Counted from the stretch's first letter, positions 8,815 through 18,318 are shown. The stretch: DNA of 53,792 nt from a virus (IMGVR_UViG_3300025300_000015:1-53792); one strand, 5' to 3'. The notes: a model not told the origin generated them from the letters alone. Made by a program: numbers and translations.

Positions 8815-8841
8815 GGATTCTCAACTACAAGGAGCATGACC

Positions 8842-9093
8842 ATGACCGAACACGCAAAATTCCGTGATCCCAATTGGATGCCGCCAAAACCAGAACCACT
8901 ACCAGCCGCAGACAAGGTAAAAGCCCTGCTTGATGCAGGAAAAAGGGATGAGGCGTACCGATACGCCAAAGCGTACAACGTCAACTGGTTTGAACTAGCG
9001 GAAAAGGGCGAACTATTAAACCTGACGGATCTTCTGGCAGTTAATGATGAAATCCTAGTAGACCACCACACAAGGAGCAACGATGACCAATAA
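8842..9093 (+). CDS. Hypothetical protein
   Basis: AAGGAGCATGACCATG leader; alternative start at 8836. Confidence 0.65.
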   Translation: MTEHAKFRDPNWMPPKPEPLPAADKVKALLDAGKRDEAYRYAKAYNVNWFELAEKGELLNLTDLLAVNDEILVDHHTRSNDDQ

Positions 9094-9325
9094 GCCCACC
9101 CTTGTAATCGCATACGAAAGCCTTGGTAACGGACTCACTCACCAGCCTCCCGTTTCCCCCAAGAGGAGATCGGGCTACGAGTTCCTGATGCTTGTGGACG
9201 ATGGGACCAAGGACGGCGGCGCGGTGCTGATGATCCTGCCATCGAGTACCAGCGACGACCAACTCCATGCGGTGGCTGACACTATGGGTTGGGATATCAC
9301 GGCAATCGAGAGGCGGCAAAAATGA
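9083..9325 (+). CDS. Hypothetical protein
   Basis: AAGGAGCAACGATG leader. Confidence 0.65.
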   Translation: MTNKPTLVIAYESLGNGLTHQPPVSPKRRSGYEFLMLVDDGTKDGGAVLMILPSSTSDDQLHAVADTMGWDITAIERRQK

Positions 9326-9456
9326 CTGACCGCAACAGAAAGAATCGACATCAACGTGGCAAGACATATCAGGCAAGGGGCAGGAACTTTAAGCGTGTCG
9401 GGAAGAAGGGACTCGTCAAGAAGAAACAGTTTCGCACTAAGGGAAAAGAAACATGA
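9322..9456 (+). CDS. Very basic 44-aa peptide
   Basis: MTDRNRKNRHQRGKTYQARGRNFKRVGKKGLVKKKQFRTKGKET; ATGA overlaps at both ends. Confidence 0.5.
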   Translation: MTDRNRKNRHQRGKTYQARGRNFKRVGKKGLVKKKQFRTKGKET

Positions 9457-9987
9457 AAACGAACGAAGTGGTTAACACACAGCTTAAATACGCCGTGGGA
9501 ACGTGGGTTAGGGTCATCCCGGAGTACGAAGGGCATTGGTCTAATGCGTTCTACGATTGGATTAAGGGTCGCGTTGGATATGTGGCAGGACTCAACCCAA
9601 GCTCACGACGAGTGTATCTGATTCAGTTTGCTGGTTCTTATGTGTCCGGCAACAGCAGTGCGCACAACATACTTGAGTCAGATTTAATTTCCGCGCCCGT
9701 GGGCCTATCATTTGCGCCAAAGTGCCAAACTTGCGCCCTTCACCACATTTCGGAGATGTGCCATGCTGATGCGTGTAACCCCAGCAAGAACCCGCACTAC
9801 GCATGTACCGGGTGGTCCGGGATGTGTTGTTTCGGTGGTTCATATTGCAAAAGAACCGCTGACAGATGATGCCGAGGCGAGAGAGGCCAAATGCCTAGAA
9901 GCTGTTCGAATCGCCAGAGACGCGATTCTGGAGGATGAATAATGCCAAGGGAAAAGAAACATGAAAACGAACGAAGTGGTTAACACA
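9439..9987 (+). repeat. Perfect 41-bp direct repeat (9439-9479 and 9947-9987)
   Basis: AAGGGAAAAGAAACATGAAAACGAACGAAGTGGTTAACACA occurs twice, 508 bp apart. Confidence 0.95.
9453..9869 (+). CDS. Hypothetical protein (SH3-like N-part, Cys/His-rich C-part)
   Basis: YAVGTWVRV...GRVGYVAG, then a Cys cluster; starts within repeat copy 1. Confidence 0.65.
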   Translation: MKTNEVVNTQLKYAVGTWVRVIPEYEGHWSNAFYDWIKGRVGYVAGLNPSSRRVYLIQFAGSYVSGNSSAHNILESDLISAPVGLSFAPKCQTCALHHISEMCHADACNPSKNPHYACTGWSGMCCFGGSYCKRTADR

Positions 9988-10221
9988 ACGGTGCGCGATC
10001 TCGAAAACGAAATAGAATTATGGCGATATAGGGCGTGTGCGTGGAAAACAAAGGACGGCGTATTTGTCTCCGGGCACGACGTTGTAATGCATCGTTACGA
10101 GGACGGCAGTCACCTCAATTTCTTAGCCTGTGACCTAACGAAATCCCAGCAGCAGTTCGCCTATTTTGTGAATCGGAAGGGCGAAGGCAAAGCGGTTACC
10201 GAACTGAAGCATACTAGTTAA
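9961..10221 (+). CDS. Hypothetical protein
   Basis: Starts within repeat copy 2 (MKTNEVVNT). Confidence 0.65.
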   Translation: MKTNEVVNTTVRDLENEIELWRYRACAWKTKDGVFVSGHDVVMHRYEDGSHLNFLACDLTKSQQQFAYFVNRKGEGKAVTELKHTS

Positions 10222-10238
10222 CAGAAAGGAGAAAAACC

Positions 10239-10685
10239 ATGTCGAGCATGAATCTGTACACAGATATGAACAAGGTTTACTGTCAAGCGGGACAGGCGGA
10301 AATGATTATCAACAGAATCCCAACCGATGAGTGGAACAAGGAATCTGTTACAAAGATTCTCCGGCGTTATTCGTATCCGGTCCTAAGAAATCTATCAAAG
10401 ACTTATTGGATGAGCGGAACGCTATACGGTGCTGGGAAACAATTCAAAGAATGGGTCGATGCGGCCTTAGAGGAAGAAAAGCCTCGCTGGATAAAGAACC
10501 TTGTTGCAGAGTTTTGGAATGCCAGAGAGGCATGGCTATACGCTTCTAGGCATGGCTATACCAAAGACATAGAGAAAACCGGCAAAAGGGCGCATGAGGC
10601 GCAATGGGAGCTTGAATGTTTGGGATTCTTCAAAGAGCGGGTGAAAATGCCCACCCTAGATGAATTGGAGAAGGGGACATGTTGA
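10239..10685 (+). CDS. Hypothetical protein
   Basis: AAAGGAG RBS; lower GC by eye. Confidence 0.7.
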   Translation: MSSMNLYTDMNKVYCQAGQAEMIINRIPTDEWNKESVTKILRRYSYPVLRNLSKTYWMSGTLYGAGKQFKEWVDAALEEEKPRWIKNLVAEFWNAREAWLYASRHGYTKDIEKTGKRAHEAQWELECLGFFKERVKMPTLDELEKGTC

Positions 10686-11068
10686 AAATGAATGAGACAG
10701 GTCTTGATTGGTCCTTCCTTGAACGCATCGAGGAGCATCTCGGCGAGGAAGAGGTTATCCGCGAGGGGTTGGCTCACGAGGGACCAGGACTCATCATGCG
10801 ATGTCTTGATGTGCCGGGCGACGCCCTGAGCCTCCGTCAATTGGCGAAAGACGTGAACTGCTCAGCCACCTACCTGAGCCGCATCCTGAATGGGCATTTG
10901 ATCTGCTCAAAGACTCTCTATGTGACGTTGAGTCGGAATTTACAAAATCGAACTCGGATTGAGCGGTTAACAGGCAGCAGAAACAGAAGCCAAGGACGAT
11001 GTAGACGCATTAGCAGAAAGGACTTACGCATTTGGGCATCTGCGCAGATGGGAAAAGCTCGAAAATGA
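10679..11068 (+). CDS. XRE/Cro-like HTH regulator
   Basis: LSLRQLAKDVNCSATYLSRILNG. Confidence 0.75.
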   Translation: MLKMNETGLDWSFLERIEEHLGEEEVIREGLAHEGPGLIMRCLDVPGDALSLRQLAKDVNCSATYLSRILNGHLICSKTLYVTLSRNLQNRTRIERLTGSRNRSQGRCRRISRKDLRIWASAQMGKARK

Positions 11069-11211
11069 AATTAGGGAACCCAAAGGAGCAGACATGATTG
11101 ACGAACTAACCGGAGCGGTCATCACGGGTGCTTTGTTTCTGTGCTGCTGCGTGTTAAGCGTGGTGATCTGCATGGCTATAAGCGACAAGGAGCAAGACCG
11201 ATGAGCAGTGG

Positions 11212-11240
11212 TTGCTAAATAGTACCCCCTGTAGTATAAC
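11212..11240 (+). promoter_or_regulatory. Sigma70-like promoter for the recombination/replication operon
   Basis: TTGCTA-17 nt-TATAAC upstream of an AAGGAG RBS. Confidence 0.6.
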
Positions 11241-11269
11241 CGCTACACAACACAACCAAGGAGTAACCA

Positions 11270-11575
11270 ATGGAACCCACTAGACCCCCCACCCCGCTAG
11301 GGGTGGAGTACGCCAAGGAATCAAAGAACCCCCTGCCTGTCGTGCAACTGTACACAGTAGGGCAGATCGCTGACAGGCTTGACATTCGCCTCCACAACGT
11401 GCTGTACATGATCAAGAAGCTGGCGATCAAGGAACACGGCAGGGCTGGAGTAGCCCGTGTGTTCAGCCCGGACATTATCACAACCCTGCGGGGAGAACTC
11501 CGCAGGCGACGAAAGCTAGATAAAAGCAGGGAGAAGGCCCGCACGCTCCGAGAGGAAAAGGAGCAAGTGGCATGA
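11270..11575 (+). CDS. MerR/excisionase-like winged HTH protein
   Basis: LYTVGQIADRLDI...GRAGVARVFS. Confidence 0.65.
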   Translation: MEPTRPPTPLGVEYAKESKNPLPVVQLYTVGQIADRLDIRLHNVLYMIKKLAIKEHGRAGVARVFSPDIITTLRGELRRRRKLDKSREKARTLREEKEQVA

Positions 11576-12270
11576 CTACGGCTACCGGATATGTGCGAGT
11601 ATCCACCGAGCAGCAGGCAGGCGAAGGCATATCTCTGGACGACCAGAGAACTCGCATCAAAGCCTTCTGCAAGGGGCGAGGCTGGGACTTGCTGAACATC
11701 TACGCCGACGAGGGACGCAGCGGAGGCCGTGCGGACAACAGGCCGGGGCTATGGGAGGCGGTGGAGAGTGCGGCTGGCGGTGTTCTTGTCGTGTATGACC
11801 TGTTCAGGCTCAGCCGCTCTGTGTCTGATGCCTGCAAGATTCTCAACAGGCTCCAAGACATCAAGGCCGACTGGGTCTCGATGACCGAGGGCAACATGAT
11901 CGACACGACCACGAGCGGCGGCAACCTCATGTTCCATGTCCTCTTGGCTATCGGCCAGTACCAGCGGCAGCAGACCAGTGAGCGTTGCAAGCAGGTTGTC
12001 AAGTGGAAGCGAGGCAGGGGAGAGCGGTGCGGCAAAGTCCCCTACGGATACCGCCTGAACCCGGACGGCAAGAGAATGGAGATCGACAGAGACGAGCAGG
12101 AGACTATCCGTATTGCCAGAGAACTCCGGACAAAAGGTATGTCGTGCAGGAAGATCGGGCGGCATCTGGAGGAGGACGGTCGCTTGCCACGGAACGGCAA
12201 GTCGTGGTGGCAAACCACGATACGGAAGTTCGTGGATTTTGACAGAGACTTTTACCCAACGGTGACGTGA
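11572..12270 (+). CDS. Small serine recombinase (resolvase domain plus DNA-binding domain)
   Basis: GYVRVSTEQQ catalytic Ser, DEGRSG, RPGL, RLSRS, GKVPYGY. Confidence 0.9.
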   Translation: MTTATGYVRVSTEQQAGEGISLDDQRTRIKAFCKGRGWDLLNIYADEGRSGGRADNRPGLWEAVESAAGGVLVVYDLFRLSRSVSDACKILNRLQDIKADWVSMTEGNMIDTTTSGGNLMFHVLLAIGQYQRQQTSERCKQVVKWKRGRGERCGKVPYGYRLNPDGKRMEIDRDEQETIRIARELRTKGMSCRKIGRHLEEDGRLPRNGKSWWQTTIRKFVDFDRDFYPTVT

Positions 12271-12271
12271 T

Positions 12272-13126
12272 ATGATAACCGAGCGACAGCGAAACAGGCA
12301 CCACCTGCACCTTGGCTCCTCCGATATGGCGGCGGTCCTTGGTCTCAACCCGTGGCGTTCGCCCGTGGATGTGTGGCTGGCGAAGACCCAGAGGGTTCCG
12401 CCCACCCCTGCCAACGGAGCCATGCTGTTTGGGACTTACTTTGAGCCGGGCGTAATCCAAGCCGCCGAGGATGGCATGATCGACGGCCTGCCCGAGATGG
12501 AAATCACCCAAGCCCACAACGAACGGAGAGTCCCTCTGTCTCCCATCTTGGATCACCATGACGGAAGAGTAGTGGAGACCGGAGAACCCGTTGAGATCAA
12601 GACTGTGGGCCTGCGTGGGCCTGTCTCGGACCAGTGGGGGGCCATCGGTACGGGCGAGGTTCCGCCAAGCGTCTATGTCCAGTGCCATGTGCATCTGATG
12701 GCACTGCCCAAGTCGCAAGCCTGCTGGGTGATCACGGCAGATGGCTCACGAGGGTTCGCGTGGTTCCGGGTGGACCGCAACGAGGAGGTTTGCGGCGGCA
12801 TCCTTCACGAGTCTCGCCGCTTCTGGAAGGAGAACGTGGAGGCTGACGTGTGTCCCGAGGGGTCCGCATCCCTTGATCTACTCAAGCAGGTAAAGCGTGA
12901 GCCGGGAAGTATAATGGAAGTTCCTGTCCACCTAATTCAAGACTGGATTTCTTCCAGAGAACTCCGCCTGAAAGCAGAGCGGGAAGAAGGTGAAGCCAAG
13001 GCTAGTCTCCTTCAAGTAATGGGGGACTGCGAGGCAGCCAAGGCGGGAGGCCAGATGGTTACCTATATGCCACCGGAGCGTCCGGTGCTGAGAGTGAAGC
13101 AGGTTAAACAAGGAGCAGTGATATGA
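12272..13126 (+). CDS. YqaJ-like (lambda-exonuclease fold) viral recombinase nuclease
   Basis: LGSSDMAAVLGLNPWRSPVDVW, GTYFEP, DG...VEIKT, VYVQC. Confidence 0.88.
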   Translation: MITERQRNRHHLHLGSSDMAAVLGLNPWRSPVDVWLAKTQRVPPTPANGAMLFGTYFEPGVIQAAEDGMIDGLPEMEITQAHNERRVPLSPILDHHDGRVVETGEPVEIKTVGLRGPVSDQWGAIGTGEVPPSVYVQCHVHLMALPKSQACWVITADGSRGFAWFRVDRNEEVCGGILHESRRFWKENVEADVCPEGSASLDLLKQVKREPGSIMEVPVHLIQDWISSRELRLKAEREEGEAKASLLQVMGDCEAAKAGGQMVTYMPPERPVLRVKQVKQGAVI

Positions 13127-14232
13127 GCCAGATGACCAAGACGGACCCGGTAGAGGCCGAAATGATCCCGGCACCAGAGGCTGGGATGCCGAGAGACCTC
13201 GCCCTGATCAAGATGGAGAACGACACGATCATGCTGGCGGCGCAGGCCGCTGGCACTAGGGACTATCCAGCCATCAAGGCGGACATTATGAACCAGTTGG
13301 CTGCGTTCCCGTCATTCGCCAGAGCAGCAATGTACGACAAGCCTGTTGGCCGGGGCGACAACAACAACATGCGGTACGCCACGGGCCTGTCCATCCGGGC
13401 AGCCGAGGCTATCGCCAGTTCCTACGGATTCAACCGGGTCCGGGCGGATGTGGTCCCGGTGGACGAATCCACGGTCAAGATCGAGGCATCCTTCACCGAC
13501 TATGTGAGCGGACGGGTGTGGTCAGACTCAGTGCTGGTGTCCAAGTTCTACAAAGCCCGAGGCGGCGGAACCCGGAGGCACGACGATGACAGATTTTTTA
13601 ATGTCGTGGTCAAGGCCGAGAAGTCCAAGGTGATCCGCGAGGTTATACTGAGGAGCGTTCCGCCCGGACTTAGGTCTGAGTTGGAAGAGGCCGTGGGCAA
13701 CGCACTCACCCAGCTTCTTGACGAGTCCACAGTCAAGCGGATAATGACTCAGTTCAGCGGCAAGAACGTGACTCAGGAGATGCTGGAACAGCACCTAGGC
13801 AAGAAGATCGAGTCGTTTAATCAGGAGGATCGCAAGATGCTTCTGGGAATATGGAACGCGATAGACCAAGGCGAGACCACCGTTGCTGATATGTTCAGCG
13901 ATAACGGCGGCGCGGCCAAGGCCCTGCCTAGTGTCACGGCCCAGAAGGTAGTCGATCAGGTGAAGAAGCGTACTCCGACCAAGAAGAAAGCGGTCCCACA
14001 GGCTCCCGCAGCCTCTGAAACTTCAGCTTCGCCTGCCGCTGGCGAGGGTCCGACCGAGTTTGAGAAGCTGGTCATGGCCCTTGCCGACAGGGATTCTGCC
14101 CACGTTGACAAGGCCAAGGACAGGATCGTCGGCTTTGCCGCCACGGTTATGGGCAAGACCCCCGAGGAACTTGAAGATGGTGATCTGGCCTCGATTAAAA
14201 ATCAAATCGACACTGGCGGACTGAAGGTCTAG
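13123..14232 (+). CDS. Putative single-strand annealing protein
   Basis: Directly follows YqaJ. GLSIRAAEAIA resembles the GxSIRxAE motif of phage proteins found next to YqaJ genes. Confidence 0.55.
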   Translation: MSQMTKTDPVEAEMIPAPEAGMPRDLALIKMENDTIMLAAQAAGTRDYPAIKADIMNQLAAFPSFARAAMYDKPVGRGDNNNMRYATGLSIRAAEAIASSYGFNRVRADVVPVDESTVKIEASFTDYVSGRVWSDSVLVSKFYKARGGGTRRHDDDRFFNVVVKAEKSKVIREVILRSVPPGLRSELEEAVGNALTQLLDESTVKRIMTQFSGKNVTQEMLEQHLGKKIESFNQEDRKMLLGIWNAIDQGETTVADMFSDNGGAAKALPSVTAQKVVDQVKKRTPTKKKAVPQAPAASETSASPAAGEGPTEFEKLVMALADRDSAHVDKAKDRIVGFAATVMGKTPEELEDGDLASIKNQIDTGGLKV

Positions 14233-14278
14233 TGCCATGTTCATGTGCCGCCTTGTGCGGGGCGGCATTGTTGCTCGT

Positions 14279-14311
14279 CTCCGGGGGCCGCTCCGCCCCC
14301 GGAGGCTTTTT
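14279..14311 (+). terminator. Rho-independent terminator
   Basis: CTCCGGGG...CCCCGGAG stem followed by GCTTTTT. Confidence 0.65.
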
Positions 14312-14373
14312 ATACCGTCAAGTCAACCGATCAGCGGGACAACAACCTCCAACCGGGAAGGCAAGGATGCTGC

Positions 14374-15135
14374 ATGTCATTTGATCTGATGAGGAAGGTC
14401 ATGGGAGTGAATCTGGGGACCACTAGGAAGATGATCCTGATGAGTCTAGCCGACTCTGTGAATGGGAATCTCCGGGACTTGGTGTGCTGGCCCAGCCTAG
14501 CAAGGATAGCCAGACTGAGCGGGTGCAACAGAAAGACAGTGATGGTCAACCTCCAAGCCATGGAACGGGACGGGCTGATCCGGAGGATGCAACTCAAGAA
14601 CCAGACCACGAGATACTTCCTGCTCCCCGATAACTGGCCATCTGCTGGGGAACCTGATTCCCTAGGGAACGAGGTTCCCCAGAGTATTAAATTCCCTAGG
14701 GTAGGGAATGACGTTCCCCAAGGTAGGGAATCTGATTCCCCCAATCCAGTAAGGGAACCAGTAAAGGAAACAGTAATGCCCAAAATCGTCTGGAAGGTTG
14801 GCGATATGGAGGGCAAGGGAAAGATTATCAATCACATCTACCAGTCCTATCCCCGAAAGGTTGGGAGGGCGGCAGCACTTGCCGCTATCGAGAAAGCAAT
14901 ACGAAATATATATGCGAACGGACACACGGAGGATGCCTGCTCATGGTTGCTGTCGCGGGTCAGGGATTTCGCCAAGAGCGATTCCGGGAAGGCTGGGAAG
15001 TATTGCCCACACCCGGCAAGCTGGATGAACTCCGGGCGGTACGATGACGACAATCGTGAATGGCTGGATAATTCTCAGGGAACTCCAGTCAAACCAGATG
15101 CCACGGACTACACTAAACGTGTGGAGATATACTGA
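14374..15135 (+). CDS. Phage replication initiator (lambda O-like, N-terminal wHTH)
   Basis: KMILMSLAD...CWPSLARIARLSGC, YPRKVG, PHPASWMN; immediately upstream of DnaB. Confidence 0.85.
   Translation: MSFDLMRKVMGVNLGTTRKMILMSLADSVNGNLRDLVCWPSLARIARLSGCNRKTVMVNLQAMERDGLIRRMQLKNQTTRYFLLPDNWPSAGEPDSLGNEVPQSIKFPRVGNDVPQGRESDSPNPVREPVKETVMPKIVWKVGDMEGKGKIINHIYQSYPRKVGRAAALAAIEKAIRNIYANGHTEDACSWLLSRVRDFAKSDSGKAGKYCPHPASWMNSGRYDDDNREWLDNSQGTPVKPDATDYTKRVEIY
14648..14777. repeat. Iterons / probable replication origin inside the initiator gene
   Basis: Palindromic GGGAA-N5-TTCCC at 14648, 14665, 14704 and 14726, a degenerate copy at 14682, then three CAGTAA repeats at 12-bp spacing. Confidence 0.8.
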
Positions 15136-16511
15136 TGAACGGCAACATGCAGGCTATCATCGACATGACCATGGAGGAGGAGCGTCTCCTCTTGGGGTCC
15201 ATACTTCGCAAGACAGAGGACCTGCCCGAGTGCATGGAGTATGTGAAGAGCGAGGAGTTCTTCCTAGACCGCAGGCATCAGAACATCTGGCGATCTGTAT
15301 ACGACTTTGAGTCATCGTCCAAGATGATAGACCCCCAGAGATTCGTAGGGTGGATGGAATCGGAGGATAGGTGGGATGGCTGCGGCGGCAAAGCCTATGT
15401 GCTGGAGTTGATCCAGTCCATGCCACACAGCGAAGGCTCCCGGTATTACGCCAAGTGCGTAGCCGCCCGATCCAGATGGAGGTCTGCCTACGGATCGGTC
15501 GAGTCTTTCCAGACGCAACTTCTAAAGGCCATAAGCGACCCTACGGTGGAAGTCCCAGAGGCGATAGAGAGATTTGAGCAGAACGTGTACGCCCAGCTTG
15601 CCGAGGATCATGTATCCATAGCCAAGCCCATCGGGGCCGAGGTGCAGGAGGCCATCAAACGCGCCCGAAGACTGGCGAAGAACCCCGAGGAAAACAAAAG
15701 ACTCAAGACCGGGATACCGGAACTGGACACGATGGTCTATGACTTTGAGCCGGGAAGTCTGGTTGTCATAGGTGCCGACACATCAGCCGGGAAGACCTCA
15801 CTCGCCATGCAGATCGCCGAGAATCTCGCAATGAACAGCCATCCGGTGGCGTACTTCTCCGTCGAGATGACCAAGGAAAAGCTGGCTGACCGCTTCTTGA
15901 TGTCGAGGTCCAACCTGCCGCGAAGCAAGTTCAACCATCCCGGAAACATGTCCGACTATGAGTGGTCTGAACTGGATGACGTGTTCGCGATGTCCAAGGA
16001 CTGGCCCTTGTACCTCACCCATGCGTCCCCTCTGGACATATACACCCTCTCATCGTTCTCTAGGAGACTCAAAACTCAGGCCGGGATCGAGGCCATATTC
16101 GTTGACTACCTCCAGATCATGGAATACCCGGATGACAGGAGCGAGATCAACAGCATCCGTATCCTGTCCCGGTCTCTGAAGCAGTTGGCAACCAGCATGG
16201 GCGTGGCGGTTGTGTGTCTATCCCAGCTTCGCAAGCGTATGGCCGGGCAGCATGTGGCCCCGCCGGGGCTGGATGACTTGCACTCGTCCTCGTCCCTGTC
16301 GAAGGACGCCGATCTGGTATTTATGATCCACCGCGAGGAGATGTACCACTTGGGTGATCCGGAGTGGGCCGAGGAGAACCCCGACAAGGTAGGCAAGGCC
16401 AGTGTTTTCGTTCGCAAGCAGAGGAACGGCCCACGGGGCAAGGCCATACTTGATTGGAATGGGGAGAGGACAAGATTTGAGTCCGTTCAAGATCAAAGCT
16501 GGACGGCGTAG
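15135..16511 (+). CDS. dnaB: Replicative DNA helicase
   Basis: GADTSAGKTS, FSVEM, VDYLQI, LSQL, DADLV, KQRNGP. Confidence 0.95.
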   Translation: MNGNMQAIIDMTMEEERLLLGSILRKTEDLPECMEYVKSEEFFLDRRHQNIWRSVYDFESSSKMIDPQRFVGWMESEDRWDGCGGKAYVLELIQSMPHSEGSRYYAKCVAARSRWRSAYGSVESFQTQLLKAISDPTVEVPEAIERFEQNVYAQLAEDHVSIAKPIGAEVQEAIKRARRLAKNPEENKRLKTGIPELDTMVYDFEPGSLVVIGADTSAGKTSLAMQIAENLAMNSHPVAYFSVEMTKEKLADRFLMSRSNLPRSKFNHPGNMSDYEWSELDDVFAMSKDWPLYLTHASPLDIYTLSSFSRRLKTQAGIEAIFVDYLQIMEYPDDRSEINSIRILSRSLKQLATSMGVAVVCLSQLRKRMAGQHVAPPGLDDLHSSSSLSKDADLVFMIHREEMYHLGDPEWAEENPDKVGKASVFVRKQRNGPRGKAILDWNGERTRFESVQDQSWTA

Positions 16512-16604
16512 GCATATTGTATATGCTGTTGACTTATACGCTCCCTGCTTCAACAAGACCTGTTGTCTGTTGAATTGGAACGAGATGATAGAAAGGATTC
16601 TACC

Positions 16605-16805
16605 ATGGCTGGAAACGAGACAAGTAAATTCGCACTTAAATCTGTCACCATCTTAGGGCTACTCATTCTTGTCCTCAATCACTTCCTACCCGATCTCCCG
16701 ACAGTTGAAATAGAGAACATCTCTGATGCCATCCTGAAGGTTGGTGGCGCGGTGATGGTTCTGGTTGGGCGATGGCGTAAGGGCGACCTGAAAATTTCAC
16801 CGTGA
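16605..16805 (+). CDS. Holin-like two-TM protein (66 aa)
   Basis: KSVTILGLLILVL and VGGAVMVLVGRWRK; GAAAGGA RBS. Confidence 0.55.
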   Translation: MAGNETSKFALKSVTILGLLILVLNHFLPDLPTVEIENISDAILKVGGAVMVLVGRWRKGDLKISP

Positions 16806-16836
16806 TCCGTTAATACATATTCACAAGGGAAACTGA

Positions 16837-18318
16837 ATGTCCACTAATATTCCGTATGACCCCAACCTAGACTTGGGCAATATCGTTCCGCCATCACATC
16901 TCAAGGTTCTTGAAAACATCTCAGCACTGCAAACACCAATTGATGCGGCACAAGATGAACTCAATTCCCTGATCATGTTGAGAAGAAAACTCGATATGAC
17001 CAAGGAGGAACTGACGCTCATGGATGTGGATGTGGATGATCTTGAAAAGCCGATAGACGATGTCAACGCCGCCATCAAGACGGCGGCTGCGACATACGCG
17101 ACGACTTCCGCGACTAATCTGCCGAAGGTAGCGGAAGAGAGAAAGGCAATCCCGCAAATCAGTTCTGCCATCGAAAGCCCGATTGATTACAACAAGTCAG
17201 AGATCAAGCAGATGCCATTGGCGGCAGACACGATGACAATGGACGCTCAGTATTTTTCCTTTGATGAGGAAACCCAAAAGTCGAAGGACCAGATGACGGC
17301 GTTGAAGTCGTTTATCTCCGCCAGCACCTCATTCCTTGGAGACAAAGCCTCCACCCAGATGACCAACTCATCGGGAAGCCAGTTGGCTAATCAGGTAGAG
17401 ACTCACGACATACAAGGAACCCTTGTCATAACGTGCAATTGTACGCATCGACAGGCCGACTTGTTTGCGCCGTTTATCATAGATGTGGACAAAGGCATTC
17501 GCGCGTGGAACGAACTGATCGCGACTGGCGAATTGACCGGCGACATGATCAAAGTAAATGATGCCGGTAGCATCTCTAAAATTGCTGAACAGCAACAGAC
17601 AAAGGATGCCGCTTATTACAATCTGCTTTCTGGCATCACTACGGGAAGCAGTTTCGTCGGCATGGTTCATGTACTCAAGGATTCATCAACTGAAACTGAT
17701 CAGAAGATGCGATCCACTGCTGCAAGTTTGCAAGGCCAGATGGAAGTGGGCAGTTGGTTCTCGGATTTCAAGGGCGGGTTCGGTGTTGACGGTAGCTTCA
17801 GCAGTTCGGCGAAGAACCTGCTGAGTAGCCAGAACATCACATCACACATCAGTCTGGTGACGATGGGTATCATCCCGACAATCGAAGCGAACGATGTTGC
17901 CCTGACCGTGAAACAATTTACAGACTTCTCCCCTGATAAGATGATGGGGCAGTTGGCCGTGTTGCAAAACTCTACCGCTGACGCTCAGTCCAGCATTACA
18001 TCCGCCGCAGACAACGCAAGGACGGGTGGTCAGATGGTTGCGTTGGAAGCGTCGAAGATCAAAAGTGCGGTGTCTGCTGTTGGCGAACTCGATGATGGCA
18101 AAAATAAGATGTTGGATATCAATAGTCTTATGACTGCCTTCACTGACTTCGTGACCAAAGCCGCAAGTGGTGGCGGCGTGCCGATCAATTATTTCCTCAA
18201 GCCCATCACGGCATCGCAACTGGCTCAGATGTGGGTCGCGAAATACCTGCCCGGCGAATACGTTACCTCTGCTGGCGACGACCACACGCCCGATGAACCC
18301 AAGACGGATGGCAATTGA
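16837..18318 (+). CDS. 493-aa protein, possible MACPF/CDC-like pore former
   Basis: Coiled-coil N-terminus, LLSGITTGSSFVGMVH, amphipathic LQGQMEVGSWFSDFKGGFGVDGSFSS, terminal GVPINYFLKPI. The ORF is solid; the function is an inference. Confidence 0.5.
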   Translation: MSTNIPYDPNLDLGNIVPPSHLKVLENISALQTPIDAAQDELNSLIMLRRKLDMTKEELTLMDVDVDDLEKPIDDVNAAIKTAAATYATTSATNLPKVAEERKAIPQISSAIESPIDYNKSEIKQMPLAADTMTMDAQYFSFDEETQKSKDQMTALKSFISASTSFLGDKASTQMTNSSGSQLANQVETHDIQGTLVITCNCTHRQADLFAPFIIDVDKGIRAWNELIATGELTGDMIKVNDAGSISKIAEQQQTKDAAYYNLLSGITTGSSFVGMVHVLKDSSTETDQKMRSTAASLQGQMEVGSWFSDFKGGFGVDGSFSSSAKNLLSSQNITSHISLVTMGIIPTIEANDVALTVKQFTDFSPDKMMGQLAVLQNSTADAQSSITSAADNARTGGQMVALEASKIKSAVSAVGELDDGKNKMLDINSLMTAFTDFVTKAASGGGVPINYFLKPITASQLAQMWVAKYLPGEYVTSAGDDHTPDEPKTDGN

